From Balneolales bacterium (lineage in GTDB: Bacteria > Bacteroidota > Rhodothermia > Balneolales > Natronogracilivirgulaceae): a DNA stretch of 64,000 nucleotides. Each line of letters begins with the position of its first letter. The first letter of the stretch is position 1. Below, piece by piece: positions 43,409 to 53,455 of this stretch. The stretch covers positions 19,084-83,083 of the forward strand of contig JBBDRB010000040.1 in the NCBI GenBank assembly GCA_040905685.1. The letters run 5' to 3'. The position numbers and the translations under genes are program-made. The notes beneath the pieces are model-generated. The model saw only the letters and a program-made list of their open reading frames with translations, made no database searches and had not been told where the DNA came from.

Positions 43409-45502
43409 ATGGGTTTGATGGAAAAGCTGAGAGGCGGAACCAAGTATACAATATGGATACTCATTATCTCTTTTGGCCTGTTATGGGTATTGGCTGATAC
43501 ACAGGTATTTGATGCGGTAATGGTTGGACCCTCAGCCATGGGGGAGGTAAAAGGTCAGCCGATCAGTTACGAAGAATTTAACGAGCGCCTTAATTTGTAC
43601 ACCGAGCAATATCGCGAACGTACCGGGGAAGCGCCTGATATGGAAATTCGGGCCATGTACGAAGAGACTGTGTGGGATGAGCTGGTACTGAATAAGGTTC
43701 TTCAGCAGAAGATGGACGAAATGGGCCTTACCGTTACCGATGAGGAATTAATACAGATGGTAACCGGTGATGACCCCGTTCCGTTCATACGCCAGCAGTT
43801 TGAGCAGGAAGATGGAACGATAGATCGCATCGCGTTGAGAAATGCCATTGAATCGCCTGAGAATGCACAGATCTGGGTAATGATAGAACAGCAGCTTCGC
43901 GAACAGCGGAGGCAGGAAAAGCTCAATAAATACCTGGAATCTTCCCTGATGGTAAGTGATTTCGAGATCGAACAGGCATACCTGAACCAAAATACACGAG
44001 CGGATTTCCGTTTCGTCCGTTTTCCGTATTCAGAGGTAGATGAGGCACAGATTGAGGTGACCGACGCGGAGTTGAGGAATTACTATCAGACAAACGAGGA
44101 CCGGTTCAGGAGCAATGAAAGCTGGAATTTTTCCTATGTGGAATTTCCAAAAGAGCCCTCCACCGAAGATACCCTGAGGATATTGAATGAACTCGATGCC
44201 TTGCGTGAAGATTTTCAGGCCGCTTCAGATGAAGAAGCCTTTCTTGAAGATCATAATTCCCAAACCCAATACTTTGAAGATTTTTTAAGCCCCTCCCAGG
44301 TCCGGACAGAGCATCTCAGGGCCTTTGACCTTGACATCGGCGAGGTTTCCGAGGCCTTTATACATGACAACCAGGTTCATCTGATCAAAAAACTGGAACA
44401 GCGCGATGCCGGTCAGCCGTATACCAGGGCCCGGCAGATACAGCTGAATTTTAGCGATGAAAACAGAGATCAGATTGAGGAAAGGGCCGAGGCCGTTGCC
44501 CGGCAAGCCCGCGATGGGGAATCCTTCGGGAGGCTGGCCCAGATGCATTCCCAGCATGCTGCCTCGGCACGGACAGGGGGGGAGATTGGGTATTTCAGCA
44601 GGGAGGATAAGCCTGGACCCCTGGCGGATGCGGCCTTTCAGGCTTCTGCTGGTTCCATTGTTGGTCCGGTCGAAGCCGACAACAGCTTTTATATCCTGGA
44701 GATCGTTGATCGTACCAACCAGGATATCCGGTTCGCTGATGTGAGCCGTTTGATTGAACCGGATCCCCTGGCAACGATTGAAGCCTTAGCCCGGGAAGCC
44801 GATGATTTTGTATATTATGCTTCCACCGGTGCAAGTGATTTTGAGACCGAAGCTGAAAGTGCCGGCTTGTCTGTTAATGAAGCCATTGCAACAGAAGACA
44901 GCCCGTTTATTTCCGGACTGGGAGAAAGTCGTCTTATCTTATCCGAACTGCGAACGATAGGACGCGGACAAATCTCCGATGTGATCGAAACCGATGATAG
45001 CTTTGTGGTTTTAAGGGTTGACCAGCGATCCCCGGAGGGCATTCGCCCGCTTGACGCTGTCCGGCCGCAAGTAGAAGCGGCCGTCCGGAATCAGAAAAGA
45101 AGGGAGCTCCTGACCCGGCAGGTGAGGGAAGCCCTGAATGAACACGGCACATTAGAGGCCCTGGCTGAAGCCGAAGGCAAAGATATACTGGAAGGCGAAA
45201 GCATTCGCCGTAATGCCGGCAGTCTGCCGGGAGCCGGGCGGGAGCCCCGGGTGATCGGGACCGCATTCGGACTGGAGACCGGCGAACGGTCAAACGCCAT
45301 TCAGGGACAAAATGGCGTGTATGTTATTCATGTGGATGAGCGCCGTGATGCGGACCTGGCTGATCTGACGACTTCCGAACGCGAAAGGCTGAGGGTTGAG
45401 ATGAACCAGCAAAGAAATCAGGAGTTCAGTCAAATTTGGACCGATCGAATCCAGGCCGGCGTCGAGGTGAAGGATTACCGGCATCTGAGAAACATTCGTT
45501 AG
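43409..45502 (+). CDS. periplasmic chaperone / peptidyl-prolyl isomerase, PpiD-SurA-like
   Basis: 697 aa with an N-terminal TM anchor, SurA_N-like region and parvulin-like segment (GGEIGYFSRED...F....G.IVGPV....FYIL). Confidence 0.82.
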   Translation: MGLMEKLRGGTKYTIWILIISFGLLWVLADTQVFDAVMVGPSAMGEVKGQPISYEEFNERLNLYTEQYRERTGEAPDMEIRAMYEETVWDELVLNKVLQQKMDEMGLTVTDEELIQMVTGDDPVPFIRQQFEQEDGTIDRIALRNAIESPENAQIWVMIEQQLREQRRQEKLNKYLESSLMVSDFEIEQAYLNQNTRADFRFVRFPYSEVDEAQIEVTDAELRNYYQTNEDRFRSNESWNFSYVEFPKEPSTEDTLRILNELDALREDFQAASDEEAFLEDHNSQTQYFEDFLSPSQVRTEHLRAFDLDIGEVSEAFIHDNQVHLIKKLEQRDAGQPYTRARQIQLNFSDENRDQIEERAEAVARQARDGESFGRLAQMHSQHAASARTGGEIGYFSREDKPGPLADAAFQASAGSIVGPVEADNSFYILEIVDRTNQDIRFADVSRLIEPDPLATIEALAREADDFVYYASTGASDFETEAESAGLSVNEAIATEDSPFISGLGESRLILSELRTIGRGQISDVIETDDSFVVLRVDQRSPEGIRPLDAVRPQVEAAVRNQKRRELLTRQVREALNEHGTLEALAEAEGKDILEGESIRRNAGSLPGAGREPRVIGTAFGLETGERSNAIQGQNGVYVIHVDERRDADLADLTTSERERLRVEMNQQRNQEFSQIWTDRIQAGVEVKDYRHLRNIR

Positions 45503-45543
45503 GTGTTTTACTAAGGCCCGTCCCTTTCATTTATGACCGGACA

Positions 45544-46659
45544 ATGGAAAAGATCGATGAAAAGTGGATGAGACGAGCACTCCGGCTGGCTGCAAAAGGT
45601 AAAGGATACGCTTCCCCGAATCCATTGGTAGGATGTGTTATCGTCTCTGCAGAAGGCAGGCTCATCGGGCGGGGATACCATGAGCGATACGGCGAGGCCC
45701 ATGCCGAAGTAAATGCCCTGAAATCTGTCAGGGATAAAAGCGAGCTTGAAGGGGCAACGGTTTATGTAACCCTGGAACCCTGCTCCCACCATGGCAAGAC
45801 CCCGCCGTGTGTGGATGCTTTGACGATGTTCTCCATTCGGCGCGTGGTTTGTGCGATGGCCGATCCGAATCCAAAGGTGGAGGGCAACGGCATCAGACTG
45901 TTAAGGGAAAAAGGGATTACCGTTGATACCGGCATTCTGGAAGAGGAAGCCGCCTTGCTGAATGAAGTATTCGTTTTTAATATGAAGTTCAATAAGCCTT
46001 TCGTGGTCCTTAAAATGGCGCAAACCCTCGACGGTTATATTGCGGCGCCCGATGGCAATTCCAAATGGATTACCGGTGAGGAATCCCGCATCAGGGTTCA
46101 TGAATGGAGAAGCACCTACGATGCCGTAATGATTGGCCGGAATACGGCCCTGACGGATAATCCACATTTAACGGTCCGTCATGTGAAAGGCCGCCAGCCC
46201 AGGCGGGTTGTGGTAGACGGTGATTTATCTCTTCCCAAAAACCTCAATTTGTTTACCGATCAGCATGAAGAGAAAACCATTATCATAACCCACGATAAAG
46301 GAAAATATCAGCAATATGCCGATCCCATGCTGAACATACTGCAGCCTAATTATTTTCGCGGTCAGACGGTATTGGTTTCCCGGGTTAACGGCCACAGCGA
46401 TTTGGAGCAGGCTTTGGCTAAACTCGGCGAGTTTAATGTGACCTCAGTGCTGGTTGAGGCCGGCACCGATCTTGCCACAGCCTTGATTGCCCAAAACCTT
46501 GTCGATAAGATCCACCTTTTTGTGGCCCCTAAAATACTGGGTGGTGGCAGCAGATCCATTTTAGGATTAGGCATACAGAGGATGGAGGAGGTGCTGCAGC
46601 TGAACCGGTCCGCCTGGGAAAGGTCGGGGGAAGATATGCTGTACACCGGGTATTTTTAA
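45544..46659 (+). CDS. ribD: bifunctional diaminohydroxyphosphoribosylaminopyrimidine deaminase / 5-amino-6-(5-phosphoribosylamino)uracil reductase
   Basis: Motifs NPLVGCVIV, HAEVNAL and TLEPCSHHGKTPPC, plus a C-terminal reductase domain. The Met at 45544 is preferred, because the ORF-track start at 45436 overlaps the preceding gene. Confidence 0.94.
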   Translation: MEKIDEKWMRRALRLAAKGKGYASPNPLVGCVIVSAEGRLIGRGYHERYGEAHAEVNALKSVRDKSELEGATVYVTLEPCSHHGKTPPCVDALTMFSIRRVVCAMADPNPKVEGNGIRLLREKGITVDTGILEEEAALLNEVFVFNMKFNKPFVVLKMAQTLDGYIAAPDGNSKWITGEESRIRVHEWRSTYDAVMIGRNTALTDNPHLTVRHVKGRQPRRVVVDGDLSLPKNLNLFTDQHEEKTIIITHDKGKYQQYADPMLNILQPNYFRGQTVLVSRVNGHSDLEQALAKLGEFNVTSVLVEAGTDLATALIAQNLVDKIHLFVAPKILGGGSRSILGLGIQRMEEVLQLNRSAWERSGEDMLYTGYF

Positions 46660-46685
46660 ATAGTTACACTGAAGAGTAAAGAGCT

Positions 46686-47294
46686 ATGTTTAATGGCATT
46701 ATAGAGCATATGGGCACGGTAGAGCAAATAGAATCCCAGAGCGGCGGTAAGCTTCTTCGCGTTTCCTGTACGTTTAGCGGGGATCTGAAAATGGATGAAA
46801 GCATCAGCATTAACGGCGTTTGCCAGACAGTGGTGCAGTGCGGCTCCGGACATTTTGACGTTCAGATCATAGAGGAAACCCTGAACAAAACAGCCCTGGG
46901 TGAACTTGCAAAAAAGGACCGGGTTAATCTTGAGCGATCCCTAAGGCTGTCGGACCGGATCAGCGGCCACCTTGTCCAGGGCCATGTGGATACCACCGGA
47001 TCGATTACCTCCATCGAAAATGCGGAGTCCGGCAGGCTGATAGGCATTCATTATCCGGAAGAATTCCATAATCTGATCGTAGGCCGGGGCAGCATATGTG
47101 TAGACGGCATCAGCCTGACCGTTGCCCGTGAGAAAGGCAGTGAGTTCACGGTTGCTATCATACCGTATACGTTTGAGCACACGAACCTGAAATTTAAAAG
47201 GCCAAATGATCCGGTAAATCTGGAGTTTGATATTTTCGGGAAATATGCCGTCAGGTATTTGCAGAATACCCGTCAACGGCCGAAATCATCCTGA
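46686..47294 (+). CDS. ribE: riboflavin synthase (alpha chain)
   Basis: MFNGIIE..G and the duplicated lumazine-binding repeats (SI.INGVCQTV and SICVDGISLTV). Confidence 0.93.
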   Translation: MFNGIIEHMGTVEQIESQSGGKLLRVSCTFSGDLKMDESISINGVCQTVVQCGSGHFDVQIIEETLNKTALGELAKKDRVNLERSLRLSDRISGHLVQGHVDTTGSITSIENAESGRLIGIHYPEEFHNLIVGRGSICVDGISLTVAREKGSEFTVAIIPYTFEHTNLKFKRPNDPVNLEFDIFGKYAVRYLQNTRQRPKSS

Positions 47295-47785
47295 AGCCGG
47301 ACGATGTCCTCTTCATCGGACGGGCGGACGGGATCCGTGTGCTGCCAGATCTCCGCAACAAGGCCCCATTCATCCAGCCCCACAAGCCGGTGGCACTGCC
47401 TCTGTTTAAGGCTTATCCCCTCACCGGGCGCCAGGGTGCGGACCGGCGTTTCCTCCTCTGTATCGCTCACGATCACCCCGGCTTTCCCTCCGATTACTTT
47501 CCAAATTTCAGAACGCCGTCGGTGATATTGCCAGGAAAGGCGCTTGCCGGGGGCAACCAAAAGGATCTTCGGACTTAGTTTATCAAAACCTCTGAAGTCA
47601 GCCAGGTTGAGGCGGGGGAAAAATTCACTGATAAACTGCGGTGCCTGTCCTTCTTCAATGTAATAAAAACCGCCCCACGGACGCGCATCGTCTTTGAAGG
47701 TCAGCACAAAACCCTGTTCTTCCAGATAGGTCTGCACGGCGTGGAATACTTCCACTTTCTCTGCTTTAGCGGGGAAACTCAGCAT
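47273..47785 (-). CDS. cupin protein, type II phosphomannose-isomerase C-terminal-domain family
   Basis: LSWQYHRRRSEIWKV..G and H.L fit the cupin_2 / PMI type II motif. Its 3' end overlaps the ribE 3' end by 22 nt. Confidence 0.75.
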   Translation of the reverse strand: MLSFPAKAEKVEVFHAVQTYLEEQGFVLTFKDDARPWGGFYYIEEGQAPQFISEFFPRLNLADFRGFDKLSPKILLVAPGKRLSWQYHRRRSEIWKVIGGKAGVIVSDTEEETPVRTLAPGEGISLKQRQCHRLVGLDEWGLVAEIWQHTDPVRPSDEEDIVRLQDDFGR

Positions 47786-47846
47786 ATTATACTGTTTAAG
47801 CTTTGGTCCGGATCCAGGGTCGGATAATAGCCGTCAAGAGCGGCGG

Positions 47847-49454
47847 TTAGAGTTTGAATTTCAGTAAATTATCTTCTCCGACAGCCTCCGTGGCCTGCTC
47901 CAGGGCGTATTTGCTGTCAAATAAGACGATCGGATTTTTTTCAATGTCGTACGTGACGTGGGTTGAATAGCTTTGCTCAAGCTTTTTGATCACATCGGTT
48001 TTTTCGGGCAGCCATCGGGCAGCCACATAGGATGTCGCGGAAAGTGAGATATCGACCTTGTATTCGGTCTTCATCCGGTGCTGTACGACTTCAAACTGAA
48101 GAACCCCCACCGTTCCGAGCAGCAACTCATTGCCGACCCCGCCGGGCACTTCAAACACATTGACCACGCCTTCTTCTGAAAGCTGTTGAAGACCCTGCCG
48201 CAATTGCTTGCGCTTAAAAGGATCGCCGGAACTGGCCTTGCGAAAGTGCTCAGGAGAAAATAACGGAATTACGTCAAAATTAACGTCATTTCGTTGATAC
48301 AAGGTGCTGCCGATGCGGAAATTTCCGGGATTGAACAAGGCCACTATATCACCGGGGTAGGCCGTTTCCAGCAGGTTTCGTTCATCGCCCATCAGGCTGT
48401 GGGGTGTGGTCATCCTGATCTTTTTATTATCCCCGTGCATATAAACTTCCATGCCGCGCCTGAAGATACCCGAAGCAATACGCACGAACGCCGTGCAATC
48501 ACGGTGTTCGGGATTCATGTTGGCCTGCATTTTAAAAATAAATCCGCTAAAATCCTTATCCAGGGAAACCCGTTGGCCCTCTTTGCTTGTATAGGGCTGG
48601 GGGTGGGGGGCCAGTCCGGAGAAGTACTTCAAAAAAACATCCAGTCCGAAATTGCTTAATGCGGAGCCGAAAAAAACAGGTGTGGCTTCACCGCGGTTGA
48701 ATTTTTCAGAATCCATGTTTTTGTATTCATCGGCAATCAGTTCTATTTCCTCTTCATAACTTTCCTTATAACTATCGGCCAGGGTGCAGTTTGCCAGACC
48801 CTCTTTCAGATCAAAAACGTCGGCCTCTGCTTTTTGTGCACCGTGCTTGAATTTCGTGTACAGATGCATTTCCCGGCCGATAAGGTCATATACTCCCTGA
48901 AAATCTGAAGCATACCCTAATGGCCAGGTGGCCGGAAGAGCGTCAATATTGAATTTCTCTTCAATGTTGCCCAGCACTTCCAGGGGGTCCATACCCGGAC
49001 GGTCCCATTTGTTCACAAAGGTTATGACGGGAATTTTCCTCAACCGGCACACTTCAAAGAGTTTTTCGGTTTGCTCTTCAACACCCTTTGCCGAATCGAT
49101 GACCATGAGGGCGCAATCGGCGGCGATCAGGGTGCGAAAAGTATCTTCGGAAAAGTCTTTGTGTCCGGGCGTATCCAAAAGGTTGTACTTTATGTCGTTT
49201 TGCTCGAAACGTAAAACCGATGAGGTCACCGAGATGCCGCGCTCCTGTTCGATGGCCATCCAGTCGGATGCAGCATGCCGGGCTGCCTTGCGTTGTTTAA
49301 TGGAACCGGCTTCATGAATGGCTCCCCCGTAGAGCAGCAGCTTTTCCGTTAAAGTAGTTTTACCTGCATCGGGGTGAGATATAATGGCAAAGGTTCTTCG
49401 CTTGTCACTCTCTTCGAGGATATCAAGAGACTCTGCCGTCTGGGTATCGGACAT
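47847..49454 (-). CDS. prfC: peptide chain release factor 3
   Basis: Motifs RRTFAIISHPDAGKTTLTEKLL, DTPGH.DF and NK.D; 535 aa. Confidence 0.96.
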   Translation of the reverse strand: MSDTQTAESLDILEESDKRRTFAIISHPDAGKTTLTEKLLLYGGAIHEAGSIKQRKAARHAASDWMAIEQERGISVTSSVLRFEQNDIKYNLLDTPGHKDFSEDTFRTLIAADCALMVIDSAKGVEEQTEKLFEVCRLRKIPVITFVNKWDRPGMDPLEVLGNIEEKFNIDALPATWPLGYASDFQGVYDLIGREMHLYTKFKHGAQKAEADVFDLKEGLANCTLADSYKESYEEEIELIADEYKNMDSEKFNRGEATPVFFGSALSNFGLDVFLKYFSGLAPHPQPYTSKEGQRVSLDKDFSGFIFKMQANMNPEHRDCTAFVRIASGIFRRGMEVYMHGDNKKIRMTTPHSLMGDERNLLETAYPGDIVALFNPGNFRIGSTLYQRNDVNFDVIPLFSPEHFRKASSGDPFKRKQLRQGLQQLSEEGVVNVFEVPGGVGNELLLGTVGVLQFEVVQHRMKTEYKVDISLSATSYVAARWLPEKTDVIKKLEQSYSTHVTYDIEKNPIVLFDSKYALEQATEAVGEDNLLKFKL

Positions 49455-49494
49455 TATATTTTTCAGATCATTATTGGGACGGTAGGTTAAATAC

Positions 49495-49530
49495 GAAAAA
49501 GGGCAATGAATATTGAGCGGGGTTATTGCC
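49495..49530 (-). terminator. possible terminator after the SirB1-like gene
   Basis: On the minus strand, ggcaat-(17 nt)-attgcc is followed by cttttt. The stem is short, and the stop codon lies inside the structure. Confidence 0.4.
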
Positions 49531-50413
49531 TGACCATGGAGTCCACAAAGCCGAGGAGCCTTTGCAGCTGGCCGGCTTTTTCACCGTCTTTTGCCTTTTC
49601 GTAGCCGTTGATCAGGTTTCGAATGGTCCTGGATAACATTTCCTGGTTGCTGGCGGCGTCAAAATGCGAAGCGGAGGGTTTTATGCCGCTTTTCTTGAGA
49701 AAGAGCAGGCATTGGTCCACACTGATCACGCTGCCCTCGTTGAAGGGATCGATGTAGATCTTTTCACCTTCCACATCAAACTTGAGTAAAAAATGCATTG
49801 GCATATTAACGCCCTCAAAGGGCAGGTTCAGCCGGTTGGCTAGAAACAGGACAACCAATGCAAGGCTGATCGGGATCCCTTTTTTCCGGTCCAGGACCTT
49901 GTTGATAAAAGAATTTGAGGGGTCAAAAAATTCATCCGAAGATCCGGTAAACTGTTTTTTTTCAAATATCAGGTTAAGCAGAATTTGCATCTGTTTCCGG
50001 GGGCTGGCGGCATACCTGACTTCCGTCTCAATTTCAGAAGCCATTTGGTCCAGCATTTTTTTATACGTATCGGTCCTCAGGGTCGGATTGTCAAAACGGG
50101 TCAGCAGCAGGATGCCGTCTTCAAGATCAGTCAGGGTATTGACGCCATTTTCCAGGAAGTTAATAAACTCCTGCTCAAGGCTTCCAAAGGTAATGCTGTG
50201 GATAAGCTCCCGGAACCGTTCTTTTATTTCTTTATTGCTGGTCTTGCTTTGCACCTCATCCAGCAAGGGAACGCTGCCTTCTCCGATTTCAATCAGCCGC
50301 TCCTCAACCTTTCCCTGAACAAAGGGATCAGGGTCTTCGTATAAAAAAACCAAAGCTTCGAGTTCTTTGCTATGCATCACCGTATCTTCCTTATATTTCT
50401 TAACTGAGTTCAT
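49523..50413 (-). CDS. SirB1/transglutaminase-like family protein (UPF0162)
   Basis: The motif F.G....F.DP.NSFINKVLDRKKGIPISLA.V.L..A.RL.LP..GVN.P.HFLLKF is characteristic of SirB1 N-terminal/transglutaminase-like proteins. Confidence 0.75.
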   Translation of the reverse strand: MNSVKKYKEDTVMHSKELEALVFLYEDPDPFVQGKVEERLIEIGEGSVPLLDEVQSKTSNKEIKERFRELIHSITFGSLEQEFINFLENGVNTLTDLEDGILLLTRFDNPTLRTDTYKKMLDQMASEIETEVRYAASPRKQMQILLNLIFEKKQFTGSSDEFFDPSNSFINKVLDRKKGIPISLALVVLFLANRLNLPFEGVNMPMHFLLKFDVEGEKIYIDPFNEGSVISVDQCLLFLKKSGIKPSASHFDAASNQEMLSRTIRNLINGYEKAKDGEKAGQLQRLLGFVDSMVRQ

Positions 50414-50511
50414 ATGATCAGAATGCTTAAGTTAGTTATTCATTATAAAAAAGGTTAGGGTTTTGCCCCTGGATTCCTTCCCGGTAAACAATTCAACACT
50501 TTATTTACTTC

Positions 50512-51735
50512 ATGAATATAAATATTACTTCAGAAACGAACAGGTTAAATGCAGTAATTGTTCATACTCCCGGCAGAGAAGTTTCCCTGGTCAATCCCAC
50601 CCTTAAAGATGAGTTGTTGTTCGATGACATCATCTACGAGGCCGATGCCCGCAAAGAACACCTGGGCATGCTGGAAATATTTAAAACCGCCATGTCCGAT
50701 AAAACCGGCGTACTTGAAATTACGGAACTTTTGGCAGATTGTCTCAACAAAAAAGAAGCCAGGGAGTTTCTTGTCAACCAGCTGATCGATCAGCAACCGG
50801 GGCTCAATCTGCATACCATCCAAGGCGAACTTAAGCACCTGGATGCAAGGGAGTTGATTGAATTCATCATCACCGGGACCACCAGGGCCATCCCGCACTT
50901 TATTCTTCACCCCCTGCCCAATCTTTTGTTTACCAGGGATCTGGCGGCGGTTATACCGAACGGCATCATTATTTCCCGGACGGCGAAGCAGGCCCGGATG
51001 CGTGAATCACTTATGCTGGAAACCCTGGTAAAATTTCATCCTCTGTTCGAAGCGGTAAAACATAGCGCCATCCATATCGGGCTTGAAGACAGCGTGGAAG
51101 GCGGCGATATTCTGATCGTTTCACCCGATCTGGTCATGATCGGAATGAGCGAACGAACTTCGTTCAGCGGAATTATGTATGTGGCAAATACCCTTCTGGA
51201 ACGTGGCATCCGCCATGTCATGATCGTTGACATGGCCAGGCAGCGTTCATCCATGCACCTGGACACGATATTTACCTTTTGCGGACCGGGAGAATGCATA
51301 GTGTACCCACCGGCTATCACCGGAAGGAAAAACAACGTGGTGCTGTTATCCAAACCCGATGGCGAATTGATTACCAAACCGGTGGCTGATGTCCAAACGG
51401 CCCTTGAATCGGTGCTGGACCGTGAATTTAATTTCATAAAATGTGGCGGTGAAGAACTTACCAATCAACATCGTGAACAATGGACAGACGGGGCAAACGT
51501 TTTTGCACTCGCACCCGGTGTTATCGTGGGTTACGGGAGGAATTCCCATACCTTTGATGAACTGAGCAAACATGGGTATACGGTATTAAACCAATATGAT
51601 TTTATTGACAAATACCGGAATAAACCATTTGAAGCGGCTGAAGGTGATAAAATAGCGATCACTTTCGAGGGTGCCGAATTATGCCGGGGAAGGGGTGGCG
51701 CCCGATGCATGACATTACCAATTTCACGGGATTAA
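50512..51735 (+). CDS. arcA: arginine deiminase
   Basis: Motifs L..V.VH.PG.E, FTRD, EGGD, MHLDT.F, EQW.DG.N, and the C-terminal catalytic Cys (GGARCMTLP). Confidence 0.88.
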   Translation: MNINITSETNRLNAVIVHTPGREVSLVNPTLKDELLFDDIIYEADARKEHLGMLEIFKTAMSDKTGVLEITELLADCLNKKEAREFLVNQLIDQQPGLNLHTIQGELKHLDARELIEFIITGTTRAIPHFILHPLPNLLFTRDLAAVIPNGIIISRTAKQARMRESLMLETLVKFHPLFEAVKHSAIHIGLEDSVEGGDILIVSPDLVMIGMSERTSFSGIMYVANTLLERGIRHVMIVDMARQRSSMHLDTIFTFCGPGECIVYPPAITGRKNNVVLLSKPDGELITKPVADVQTALESVLDREFNFIKCGGEELTNQHREQWTDGANVFALAPGVIVGYGRNSHTFDELSKHGYTVLNQYDFIDKYRNKPFEAAEGDKIAITFEGAELCRGRGGARCMTLPISRD

Positions 51736-51819
51736 CATAGTTTTTTATATCATTCCCCTCTACTGAATTAATAAATATTAATAAAACCGGCTGAATGGCC
51801 GGCCAAATAAGTAACTATA

Positions 51820-53028
51820 TTGAAAGACGAAAACCAGTTTGAGATCCTAACCGATCCGGAACTTAAACCTGAGGTCCAACCCGGCCGGCCTGCCGGTAAA
51901 ACCATTGTTATTCACCTCTTGCTGTTTGCCGTAACCTTTGTTTCCGTATCGTTTATGGGGGTGTATTTTGTCGGGCAGGCGGCAAATGCTGAAAATTTTA
52001 CAGACCTGGTCTTCTGGGATGGCGTTTTATTTGCCGCCCTGTTGCTGGGCTTTCTGGCTGTTCATGAGTTCGGCCATTACTTTGCAGCCATCAGTCACCG
52101 GGTAAGAACCACGCTGCCGTATTTTATACCATTGCCTTATCTGTCCCCCATCGGTACGATGGGCGCGGTAATACGTATAAAAGACCGGATCAATGACAGT
52201 AAAAAATTATTTGATATAGGGATTGCCGGTCCTTTAGCCGGTTTTGTGGTGTCGCTGGTCATCCTGCTGGTCGGATTTATGAATTTGCCGGGCCCGGAGT
52301 TCATACAAAATTTTGATAATCATGAAAATCTGAACAATTATATTCAGCAAAATAACGCTTTCCCGGATGAACCCATGAGTGAAAATGATGGCGTGGGTAT
52401 GCTTATGATAGGAAATACCATGTTATTTGATTTTATGGCATCCTTCTTTGAGGGGGTTCCGCCCATGTGGGAAATGTATCATTATCCTTTTTTATTTGCC
52501 GGCTGGCTGGGCTTGTTCTTTACGGCCCTTAATCTGATGCCTGTCGGGCAGCTGGACGGCGGCCATATCCTTTACGCTCTTATCGGCTATAAAAAGCATT
52601 TGGTATTTGCCCGTTTATTCTTTGTGGTTCTCGTTACCCTGGCCGGTGCCGGAATGGTGCCACTTCTGCATACGATCATCGAACTATACGATAATCCGTA
52701 TGCCACGATATCGTGGGGGATCTGGGCCTTCACCCTGTTCTGGATGATGAGAAAAGCATTTCACGGGAACCTTTTCTGGGCGCTCACGGCCAGTGTCATC
52801 TCCCTCGTTTGTTCCGGAATTCTCATCTACGGTATATTTGGTCCGGATGGGACTTCCCGATTCATGCTTTGGTTTTTCTGGTCGCTGCTGGTCCTGTTCT
52901 TCGTGGGCATTGAGCATCCGCCGGTAATGAACGAGCAACTTCTGAGTCCCGGTAGAAAAGTTCTCGGTTGGTTGAGTATATTGATCTTTATTGTATGCAT
53001 CAGCCCCAATCCGTTTTACCTGCTGTAA
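51820..53028 (+). CDS. site-2 protease (M50) family membrane metalloprotease
   Basis: HEFGHY zinc motif and NLMPVGQLDGGH in a polytopic membrane protein. TTG start, and the true start is uncertain. Confidence 0.85.
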   Translation: MKDENQFEILTDPELKPEVQPGRPAGKTIVIHLLLFAVTFVSVSFMGVYFVGQAANAENFTDLVFWDGVLFAALLLGFLAVHEFGHYFAAISHRVRTTLPYFIPLPYLSPIGTMGAVIRIKDRINDSKKLFDIGIAGPLAGFVVSLVILLVGFMNLPGPEFIQNFDNHENLNNYIQQNNAFPDEPMSENDGVGMLMIGNTMLFDFMASFFEGVPPMWEMYHYPFLFAGWLGLFFTALNLMPVGQLDGGHILYALIGYKKHLVFARLFFVVLVTLAGAGMVPLLHTIIELYDNPYATISWGIWAFTLFWMMRKAFHGNLFWALTASVISLVCSGILIYGIFGPDGTSRFMLWFFWSLLVLFFVGIEHPPVMNEQLLSPGRKVLGWLSILIFIVCISPNPFYLL

Positions 53029-53065
53029 TTCACCTCCTTTACTGAAGCCTAACCTAATAAACACT

Positions 53066-53455
53066 ATGCGAAATATTTTTCAACGATCACTTGTTATACC
53101 CATCCTTGTCCTTTTGGCCGGCTGCTCGGCAGAAGAACCGGCTACGCTTGCCGATACGATCCAGCATTTGAATATGGAAAACAGGTACGAAGAGGCCCTT
53201 GAGATCCTTCGTGAAGCCGATCAGGATGAAAATACGATCATGCAGCTGCAAATTGCCACACACATGAACTACGCCCTGTATCTTACCCATGAATCCGACC
53301 AGCAAATGACCGAGCGTATGCCGGCGGCCCTCAGGCATTTTCGCCGGGTGCTGGAACTGGATCCCGGCAATGAGCGGGCACGCGCCGAAGCCGATCAAAT
53401 TGAATCGATCTACCGAAGTCTGGGAAGGGATATACCGGAAGGAGTTGCTTCGTAA
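53066..53455 (+). CDS. small TPR-like lipoprotein
   Basis: The Met at 53066 gives a signal peptide with a lipobox (LLAGC). The ORF-track start at 52991 would overlap the M50 gene. Confidence 0.6.
   Translation: MRNIFQRSLVIPILVLLAGCSAEEPATLADTIQHLNMENRYEEALEILREADQDENTIMQLQIATHMNYALYLTHESDQQMTERMPAALRHFRRVLELDPGNERARAEADQIESIYRSLGRDIPEGVAS

Noticed and set aside
45436-45543. N-terminal extension of the ribD ORF.
   Set aside because: The extension overlaps the end of the PpiD-like gene and encodes an Arg/Gly-rich non-homologous peptide. The deaminase homology begins at the Met at 45544.
45503-45543. An FMN riboswitch expected ahead of the ribD-ribE genes.
   Set aside because: Only about 40 nt of spacer exist, and no FMN-element-like conserved sequence is visible.
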